Source of the DNA: an uncultured Gammaproteobacteria bacterium
GTDB lineage: Bacteria > Pseudomonadota > Gammaproteobacteria > GCA-002705445 > GCA-002716945
NCBI GenBank assembly: GCA_902559355.1
Contig: CACEHM010000002.1
Location: forward strand, 171,246-235,245
Direction of reading: 5' to 3'
DNA length: 64,000 nt
Part shown: positions 22,847 to 29,640 of the stretch, in pieces
How positions within the stretch are numbered: the first letter of the stretch is position 1
Layout: each line of letters starts with the position of its first letter
Program-made: the position numbers and the translations under genes
Notes under the pieces: generated by a model
Databases searched by the model: none
Told to the model about the DNA's origin: nothing
Seen by the model: the letters and a program-made list of their open reading frames with translations, nothing else

Positions 22847-23833
22847 ATCTGAGTAAAGCGCTTTATACTCACTTTCACTATCAAACTTAGGACCATATTC
22901 TTGAATAATTTTTCCAGAACATTTATTTGCAAATTTGATAGATTCAGAAATATTTTTATTTTTAGCTTTTGATGAAAGATATGCAGCTAAGAACATATCT
23001 CCTGCACCTGTTAGATCAACTGGTACAACTTTTTCACAGGATACATGTGTAAGAGCATTGTCATGATACACATATGCGCCATCACTACCTGAAGTAATTA
23101 TTATTTCATCAGAAAACTTATTAAGAAATTCTACAGCAGCATCTATGTTATCTGATGAAGAGATATTATATGCTTCTTGTTTATTACAAAATATAATATC
23201 AAATTTCTTATTAATCAATTCCATCATATTATCTTTAAAAAAATTTACTACATTCGGATCTGATAAAGTAATGATTTTTTTAATATTATTTTCATTTGCT
23301 ATATCTAAGCAATGTTTTGCAACATTATTTGTTTCATCGGAAGTGACTAAATAACCTTCAATCAAGATATACTCCGAGTTCATAATTGCTTCTTTCGAAA
23401 CATCCTTTATAGATAAATCAGATGAAACGCCAAGGTAGGTGTACATTGTTCTCTCATGATCAGGCGTTATAAGTACAATACATTCTCCAGTAATTCCATC
23501 CTTGACTTGTTTAATCGCAGATTGCATTCCAACAAATTTCAAGGATTCTTCAAATGTTGCACCTACATTATCTTTTGCGACTCTTCCAGTGAACGACACG
23601 TTTTCTCCAAATTGCGCAAGTGCATATAATGAATTTGCAACTGATCCTCCAGGCATCATTTTTACAACCCCATATTCTTTTTTAAGTTGATTGCTTAATT
23701 TATTATGATTATCTACATCATTAAGTTCCATGCAGCCTTTTGTTAAATTAAGTTGTAAGAGCTCTTCGTCAGTGATTTTATATTCACTATCCACAAGTGC
23801 GTTTCCAATCCCATATATAAATGTTTTATTCAT
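22841..23833 (-). CDS. PfkB-family sugar/nucleoside kinase (adenosine kinase-like)
   Basis: N-terminal GGSVANSLYALAQFG and the C-terminal anion-hole motif DLTGAGDMFLAAYL. Confidence 0.75.
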   Translation of the reverse strand: MNKTFIYGIGNALVDSEYKITDEELLQLNLTKGCMELNDVDNHNKLSNQLKKEYGVVKMMPGGSVANSLYALAQFGENVSFTGRVAKDNVGATFEESLKFVGMQSAIKQVKDGITGECIVLITPDHERTMYTYLGVSSDLSIKDVSKEAIMNSEYILIEGYLVTSDETNNVAKHCLDIANENNIKKIITLSDPNVVNFFKDNMMELINKKFDIIFCNKQEAYNISSSDNIDAAVEFLNKFSDEIIITSGSDGAYVYHDNALTHVSCEKVVPVDLTGAGDMFLAAYLSSKAKNKNISESIKFANKCSGKIIQEYGPKFDSESEYKALYSDL

Positions 23834-23848
23834 TTTAATCCTCTTGAT

Positions 23849-24870
23849 TTATGTTAAATATTCTAGTGTCTGCATTTCATTAAGTCTACTTTTACATCTT
23901 CTCCAAAGTTCTATAAGTTTATCACCTGTATAAATATGATTATATGAGCAGTTATTAAAAAAAAATTTAATCTTTATTTTGTTTCTATAGCAAATATCTA
24001 TAAAGGATATAAACCTTCTGATAAGATCGGCTGAATCATCATTACAAATAATAAAATCATTTATAAAGATCCACTCTATGTTTTCTGACATCTCAATATA
24101 TTCTTTATCTCCTCCAGGCTCTTTGAAGAAGTCTGAAAAAGAAATCCATAAAAAATCACATGATGTTGCTTTACAACTAAAACTTCTAGAATTGATACAG
24201 TACTTTTTATTAAAAGTTAGATTTTCAAAATTATTTTTTAAAAACTTTACAATATCTTTATCATCATAATTTTGATTTACATTATCATTATACATATTAA
24301 CAATATTTCTTGATCTATAATCTACCAAGCCTTCTACTTTATATAGATTAATTGATTCTTGCATAATCTTCATCTCATTAATAAACACTTCTCTCTGTAG
24401 ACCATTTTTATATAATTCTTCTGGATGTGTATTAGAAGTTAAATACAGAGTAACATTTAATTTAATGAGCTGATTTAGTAGGCTTCCGATAATCATCGCG
24501 TCTGATATATCCTCAACTTGAAATTCATCAATAAATATAACTTTACATTTTTTACTTAAAGATCTAGCTACAATATTCAAAGGATTTTTTTTACCTGACA
24601 AGCCAGATAATTCATCATGTACGATCTGCATGAGCTCCATGTAATGGAATGATGCTTTTCTTTCTGTTAGTAAATTAATAAAAGATTTTGTAATTAAAGT
24701 TTTACCTGTTCCAACATCTCCCCATATATAGAAACCTTTCTTGGAATCTTTATTTTCTAATTTATTTGTTAAATCTTTTTCAGGTTGAATAGATTCAATC
24801 ATTTTGTGAATCAAATCTGATTGTGCTGAATCTAATTTAATCCCTCTTTTTTTTAAACTTTTTTCAATAT
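23849..24870 (-). CDS. zapE: AFG1-family ATPase (cell division protein ZapE)
   Basis: Walker A IWGDVGTGKT and Walker B VIFIDEFQVEDI. I chose the ATG at 24870 (MFEYIEKSL...). The ORF is open upstream to 24982, but only by reading through a tRNA fragment. Confidence 0.7.
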
Positions 24871-24888
24871 ACTCAAACATTTTTTTAA

Positions 24889-24940
24889 TACCACTGATCG
24901 GACTCGAACCGATACTTTCTTGCGAAAAAGGGATCTTGAG
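24889..24940 (-). pseudogene. 3' half of a split tRNA-Leu(CAA) gene: anticodon 3' stem, variable arm, T-arm, acceptor 3' strand
   Basis: The minus strand reads CTCAAGA-TCCCT-TTTTCGCAAGAAAGT-ATCGG-TTCGAGT-CCGAT-CAGTGGT-A. This gives a T-arm with a GGTTCGAGTCC loop, a GNRA-capped variable hairpin, and an acceptor 3' strand complementary to GCCACTG at 29674-29680. Confidence 0.7.
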
Positions 24941-24999
24941 TGCATTGTCTGCACCAACCCAACAGTTACAAGATTTTAACACATTTTTTAATATTTTTT

Positions 25000-25028
25000 T
25001 TACATAAGATATTCATAAGTGCTATAAT
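25000..25028 (+). promoter_or_regulatory. sigma70-like promoter (TTACAT-17 nt-TATAAT)
   Basis: -35 TTACAT at 25000-25005, a 17-nt spacer, and a perfect -10 TATAAT at 25023-25028. An AAGGAGA Shine-Dalgarno sits 7 nt before the ATG at 25097. Confidence 0.4.
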
Positions 25029-25096
25029 AGAGTCTGTCTTGATTTAGAAATTACTCTACTTGCTGGGACATTAAACAAACGCTAAAGGAGAATATA

Positions 25097-25279
25097 ATGA
25101 AATTATCTATTCAGACTATCAAAGACTATTTCAAAAGTAAAAAAGATAAAAATAAAGATCTCATCTTTTTTGAAGAAATAGGAAATCAAAAAACTTCTAA
25201 AGATGACATCATGAAAAATTTGGTCAAGATCTTAGAAAAAAAAGGTTTCAAATATATAGATACAAAATATAAAGACTAA
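25097..25279 (+). CDS. small charged hypothetical protein (60 aa), first gene of the insertion
   Basis: Strong SD (AAAGGAGA), a promoter upstream and a terminator 20 nt downstream. I recognise no homolog. Confidence 0.45.
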   Translation: MKLSIQTIKDYFKSKKDKNKDLIFFEEIGNQKTSKDDIMKNLVKILEKKGFKYIDTKYKD

Positions 25280-25300
25280 ACACATATAATTGTGTAATAC

Positions 25301-25343
25301 AAAAAGAGAGTAACGAGTGCATCTCAACTACTCTCTTTTTTTG
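25301..25343. terminator. rho-independent terminator (bidirectional: A-run / hairpin / T-run)
   Basis: AAAAA-AGAGAGTA-(16-nt loop with inner GAG/CTC pairing)-TACTCTCT-TTTTTTT. Confidence 0.5.
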
Positions 25344-25411
25344 TGATAATCCATTCAATCTGATATCTATCCGATCAACAATCCTACTCTATACAGATTG
25401 TAGTAGAAAAT

Positions 25412-25440
25412 TTGACTTACAAATATCAGTAAACATAATA
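25412..25440 (+). promoter_or_regulatory. candidate sigma70 promoter for the five-gene cassette (TTGACT-17 nt-ATAATA)
   Basis: -35 TTGACT at 25412-25417, a 17-nt spacer, and -10 ATAATA at 25435-25440, about 70 nt upstream of the 25511 ATG. Confidence 0.35.
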
Positions 25441-25510
25441 ATTATTTTTCATAATAAAAAAGTATTTTTTTTTACTTGCTTTTATTATTTATCAGAATAA
25501 AGATACTAAT

Positions 25511-26134
25511 ATGGATAAAGAAAAAATTAAAAATAAAATCTTAGATATTGAAACCAAGTATAATTTTACCGAGGGATACAAATTGCTATATTGTCCATGG
25601 TCAACTATTGAACACTCTTCGATTGCGTTTATATCATTAAACCCTGGCAGTAAAATGCCTGATGAGGCAGATATTAGATTGTTATCTGATGAGAGAGGTA
25701 ATTCATATGAAATAGAAATGCATACTACTAAATCTCCTATTACTCATCAATTTTTAGAACTGTGCAAACTTCTCAATAAGAATCCCTCAGATATTCTTAC
25801 TGGCACAATTTGTCCATTTAGAGGTAAATCATGGACATCATTTTCTCGTGATCAGAGAAATGCAGGTCTAATGCTAGGCAAATATTTCTGGCACAAAACT
25901 CTAGATAAGATTAACTTACTCATTTGCGTTGGTAATGATGTTGCAAAAAATATGACTTCTATTTCTGATTTTAAAAAAGAGAAAATTTTTGATTCAGGTT
26001 GGGGTGATATTAAAATAACAAGATATAAAGACAGCACAGGTAAGATACTTATTCATTTACCACACCTCTCTACTTTTAAACTTTTTTCTCGAAAAGAGTG
26101 CTTACTTGTTCTAAAACAAGTTTTTAAGTTATAG
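25511..26134 (+). CDS. hypothetical protein with UDG-superfamily (uracil-DNA glycosylase fold, family 4/SMUG-like) motif pattern
   Basis: IAFISLNPGSKMPDEAD resembles UDG motif 1 (hhhhG-x-[NA]-PG followed by acidic residues). HQFLELCKLL matches the following helix. TICPFRGKSW...LLICVGNDVA resembles the V-x-C-RP..NR...hhV-LG region. The C-terminal HLPHLS resembles UDG motif 2 (HPSPL). This is a recalled pattern match, not a database hit. Confidence 0.45.
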   Translation: MDKEKIKNKILDIETKYNFTEGYKLLYCPWSTIEHSSIAFISLNPGSKMPDEADIRLLSDERGNSYEIEMHTTKSPITHQFLELCKLLNKNPSDILTGTICPFRGKSWTSFSRDQRNAGLMLGKYFWHKTLDKINLLICVGNDVAKNMTSISDFKKEKIFDSGWGDIKITRYKDSTGKILIHLPHLSTFKLFSRKECLLVLKQVFKL

Positions 26135-26149
26135 ACTATAATTTAAATA

Positions 26150-27226
26150 ATGATTGATATACATGATAAACTGCCCTCTGATCTAATTATTGGCAATGAA
26201 TATACTAAACAAGAATTAGATAAGTTGTTTAAGACATCTGAAATTGAAAACATTTATGGGGGTATTGGAAAGATAAATAATCGTTTAATCTTGCTTATCA
26301 CTCTAGACAAAACCTACACCGCAGAACTTCCTAAAAATGAGTCTGAAATGTCAAGAGAAGAGAAGGAAGAGCATAATTATCGTCATCTTGACTATTTTGA
26401 TATGGAGGAAAATATTTTCTGTTGGGATGGACCTACTAATATGAATCTTGAGAGTCCTTTAATAAAAGACTTTACCTCAAAATTATATCAATGCCTGTTG
26501 TTTGTTAGAGAGTATTATCATAAAGATGAATATGAATTTAAGAATAAAATTACTAATGATAAGTATTTTTACTGTGGGAAGATAAGATATCAAAAACATA
26601 TTGATACTAAAATTAAACATTTTATTTCAAGTTTAGAAGATGAACCTAATAAGAAACTTAATCATTTATATAAATTCATACCGACTGAATTAGATGAAAG
26701 AAAGAAAGAATTTAATATCTTAAAAGAAAAAGAGAAAAATGATTTTATTGAGTTAGTGCATCAAGAAGAATCTCGCACTCATGAAAGGAAAAGCACTTTT
26801 TCTGGAAATCCAGGCATTAAAAAAGAGTATATGGTTGAAAGTAACCTCAAAGCAGTATGCGGTTTTCTTAATGAAAGAGGTGGTAACCTTATGATTGGTA
26901 TCGAAGACGATGGGGAGGTTACTGGTATAGAGAAAGATTATAATTATAAAGACAATGATCAATTTGAGAGACATATTCTTTTTCAAATGAGAAAACTAAT
27001 GGATAAATTTGAAGTAATTGAAAAATATATTAAGTTTCAATTTGAATATGCTTCTTTAAGTGATAAAGACTCATCTAGAAAAATAGTATGTAGAATAAAT
27101 TGTAGACCATTACCTGATGATGAAGTTTCTTATGTTAACGGTAAACTTTATTTAAGAGTAGGACCCCAAACTAATGAATTAAGTGTAAAAGAGGCGTTAT
27201 CATGGTTAAAGAGAAGACAAAAGTAA
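26150..27226 (+). CDS. protein with C-terminal AlbA_2 / Schlafen-like (divergent AAA-4) domain
   Basis: EESRTHERKSTF...AVCGFLNERGGNLMIGIEDDGEVTGIEKD matches the AlbA_2 signature (E-S-x-T-x-E-[FY]-K ... A-F-x-N-x-x-GG-x-L-x-IG-V-x-D-D-G-x-V-x-G-I). I recognise no family for the N-terminal ~190 aa. Confidence 0.5.
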   Translation: MIDIHDKLPSDLIIGNEYTKQELDKLFKTSEIENIYGGIGKINNRLILLITLDKTYTAELPKNESEMSREEKEEHNYRHLDYFDMEENIFCWDGPTNMNLESPLIKDFTSKLYQCLLFVREYYHKDEYEFKNKITNDKYFYCGKIRYQKHIDTKIKHFISSLEDEPNKKLNHLYKFIPTELDERKKEFNILKEKEKNDFIELVHQEESRTHERKSTFSGNPGIKKEYMVESNLKAVCGFLNERGGNLMIGIEDDGEVTGIEKDYNYKDNDQFERHILFQMRKLMDKFEVIEKYIKFQFEYASLSDKDSSRKIVCRINCRPLPDDEVSYVNGKLYLRVGPQTNELSVKEALSWLKRRQK

Positions 27227-27636
27227 AGATATACCAAGGTGGTTCAACAGGTTTAGTTCAACAAAATAAACGCATGATTATGAAGTCTTCTCACACCAAA
27301 GGTGATGTAGGGATTCAAAGACAATTAAAAGATATGTTAAAAGCGAAATTTTCTTTTCATATAGTAATTATGCACTTTGGTGATTTTTTCAGGATAATCG
27401 AAGAGGACGCAGAGTTTTTTAATAAAGAATTTAATTTTAAACTTTCACAACCAGGACGATACACTTTCGTTACAACTGCGTTCCCTCTAAATAGTAGGCA
27501 AAAATATATAGATAAACTTACTGATATGGAAAAACAATTTTGTCTTCTAGATCAATATAAAGTTGACGGTACAGAGGAATTTTATAGGAAGGTAAACATA
27601 TCAACAAATAAAGATGCACTAGGGTTCTGGTACTAA
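27202..27636 (+). CDS. stand-alone MutS domain I (mismatch-recognition domain)-like protein
   Basis: [45 protein letters not shown] parallels E. coli MutS [71 protein letters not shown] parallels [28 protein letters not shown]. The GDF-Y-E Glu is Arg here (GDFFR). The gene overlaps the upstream ORF by 25 nt; an alternative start is the Met at 27274. Confidence 0.5.
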   Translation: [144 protein letters not shown]

Positions 27637-27656
27637 ATAAGAGAAGTCTCTAGTTC

Positions 27657-28352
27657 ATGATTGATATAACTTTTGATATGTTCTCGGATACTCCTGAAGG
27701 AAAAGATCCAGATACATGGAGTCCAACGTTAAGAAAGTACCATCAAATTTTATGGAATAAACGATTACCCAATGGAACTATGTTTAGTCTTGATCTTGAG
27801 ACAAGACAGTTATTACATCACAGATCTCAATTAGGAGAATTTTATTTATCAAGTGATTGTATAGGTCATACATACAGTCGTACTAAAAGTATTTCTGATA
27901 TAGTCAATCAGATTCCCTTAAGTGAAATAGATTCGTTTTATAAACTATGTAGCACAATAGGTTCTTATATCATATATCCTTGCAAAAGAATTGATAATAA
28001 GATGACATTTAATGGTGCTCGAGGTACTAATCGCAAGATAAAAGATAGATTCGACCTAACATTAGAATGTATTCGATTGTTTTATCAAAATGAAAAAAGT
28101 CCACTTAGTGAGACTATAGAAAGATATAAATCATATTTTAAACTATTTGATAACTTTCAAGGTTATGTTGATTTCTTTTTACTTCAAGATTTAGTATCAA
28201 GTGATTATTCGTCTATTAAATATCTTATACCTTTTAAAGATTTCGATAGTCCAGCACTACCATGCAACGTAGAAGAATATATTACTTATAAAGATAATAC
28301 GACAAAATTTATTTCACAAAGAAATGAAAGAATATTAAAATCAATACAATGA
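27657..28352 (+). CDS. hypothetical protein (orphan, 231 aa)
   Basis: Tightly linked to its neighbours (ATGA overlap with the next gene). I recognise no motif. Conserved-looking stretch: DPDTWSPTLRKYHQILWNKRLPNG. Confidence 0.5.
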   Translation: MIDITFDMFSDTPEGKDPDTWSPTLRKYHQILWNKRLPNGTMFSLDLETRQLLHHRSQLGEFYLSSDCIGHTYSRTKSISDIVNQIPLSEIDSFYKLCSTIGSYIIYPCKRIDNKMTFNGARGTNRKIKDRFDLTLECIRLFYQNEKSPLSETIERYKSYFKLFDNFQGYVDFFLLQDLVSSDYSSIKYLIPFKDFDSPALPCNVEEYITYKDNTTKFISQRNERILKSIQ

Positions 28353-29419
28353 GTAAATTTAAACCTATCTTATACGACGAACTATTTAAATTAATAACAC
28401 TTGGTGATGATGAAGAATGGGAAAAATTTTCTTCAGAGTACGAACATGTCTTTACACCAGGGTTTTTCTCACAACTTTCTGACACCGAAATTTATGAACT
28501 ATTTAATCATTATCAATTTTTATCCATTGAATATTGGAATATTTATTCTTCTTCATTAATTAACTCAGAGAATAATAAAATTAGATCCAATCAACTTCTA
28601 AAAAAATATCGTGAAATATGGGAAGGAAAAACACATAATAAAAATAGCACAGTCACTCCTGGAATTAACGAAAGAAAAATTAAAGAAATTGATGATTTTG
28701 AATTTGCAATTAATTATCCAGTCGAGGAAATATTAGATCCATCATTAAGCGCCGCAGGACCACATTTCTCAGAGATTGTATTTTGTTCAATACTTTATAG
28801 TTTTTTTGAGGAAATACTAACAACCTTCGTATTTAATGTATCTGGAAGTAAGTGTTTTTTTAATAATATAAAATATAAAGATCATTACTTCTATAAAACA
28901 AATAGATATACAGACTTGTATAAAGATTATATGAAACATTCAATCAAAGAACCAAAGAGAAAAGACTATAAGAATTTAGATGATTTTTATTCGGAAAGAT
29001 TAAGATATAGAAACATTACTAAAAAAAGTCTTCCTGAAATTAAAAACAATGAATGGTTAGAGTTTTATAGAAATAATAAGGGTATTGATGGTCGAGAAGT
29101 CCCTGATTACATTATTAAAGCAAAATATATAGATCAAAGATGTGACAGTACATTATATTCTGACTTAATATCACAGAGTAGATTTAAAGAATTCAAAATT
29201 AAAAGGAACAATGTGATGCATGCAAAATCAAATGAATCTAATATATCAACTCTTGCATGTTTTGATATTATAACTGATTTGCTTAACTTCTTAATTAATG
29301 ATAAGAATATTATCAATCAATATTCTAGTTGTATAAGTCAAAACAGTCTAAGATTTGATATTGATAAATTAGATGACGATGATGCTATTTGGGTATTTCA
29401 ATCTGAGATGACTTATTAA
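28349..29419 (+). CDS. hypothetical protein with C-terminal HEPN/Abi_2-like R-x4-H motif (candidate RNase effector)
   Basis: The C-terminal FKIKRNNVMHAKSNESNISTLACFDII contains an R-N-x-x-x-H motif typical of HEPN abortive-infection proteins. Size and composition are compatible with AbiD/AbiF-like proteins. Weak. Confidence 0.35.
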   Translation: MSKFKPILYDELFKLITLGDDEEWEKFSSEYEHVFTPGFFSQLSDTEIYELFNHYQFLSIEYWNIYSSSLINSENNKIRSNQLLKKYREIWEGKTHNKNSTVTPGINERKIKEIDDFEFAINYPVEEILDPSLSAAGPHFSEIVFCSILYSFFEEILTTFVFNVSGSKCFFNNIKYKDHYFYKTNRYTDLYKDYMKHSIKEPKRKDYKNLDDFYSERLRYRNITKKSLPEIKNNEWLEFYRNNKGIDGREVPDYIIKAKYIDQRCDSTLYSDLISQSRFKEFKIKRNNVMHAKSNESNISTLACFDIITDLLNFLINDKNIINQYSSCISQNSLRFDIDKLDDDDAIWVFQSEMTY

Positions 29420-29425
29420 TATTTA

Positions 29426-29509
29426 TAGCGATAGACAGACTCGAACTGTCACTCTGTTGCCAGAATCGGATTTTGAGTCCGACGCGTCTACCAATTCCGC
29501 CATATCGCC
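29426..29509 (-). tRNA. tRNA-Leu (anticodon CAA), class II with long variable arm
   Basis: Cloverleaf read manually on the minus strand: acceptor GGCGATA/TATCGCT (G1-U72), D-arm GCG-GAATTGGTAGA-CGC, anticodon arm TCGGA-CTCAAAA-TCCGA, variable hairpin TCTG-GCAA-CAGA, T-arm GACAG-TTCGAGT-CTGTC, discriminator A, and no encoded CCA. Confidence 0.85.
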
Positions 29510-29640
29510 ATGAGTAATTTATTCTATCAAAAACACAAACACTTTGGAAAGGTGTATGTACGGATAAATGTTTGTGCAATGTTTGTGACTAAAATTTACA
29601 AATTATAAGCATTACCAAGGCATCTGATGCATCCGTCTTC

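Noticed and set aside
24870-24982. N-terminal 37-aa extension of the zapE ORF
   Set aside because: The extension consists of the read-through tRNA 3'-half sequence. The conserved protein starts at the Met at 24870.
27202-27280. Possibility that the AlbA_2-like and MutS_I-like ORFs are one frameshifted gene
   Set aside because: Each has its own start context, and the domains are complete within separate frames. I cannot exclude a programmed or erroneous frameshift, so they are reported as two genes with this caveat.
29385-29579. 64-aa minus-strand ORF overlapping the tRNA-Leu gene
   Set aside because: It lies entirely across a well-folding tRNA and its flank. It is a chance ORF in AT-rich sequence.
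24941-29640. Search for an integrase/recombinase or transposase inside the insertion
   Set aside because: No ORF shows a tyrosine-recombinase (R..H..R..Y) or serine-recombinase pattern, or a transposase DDE pattern. I call the element integrase-less (decayed or mobilised in trans) rather than inventing one.
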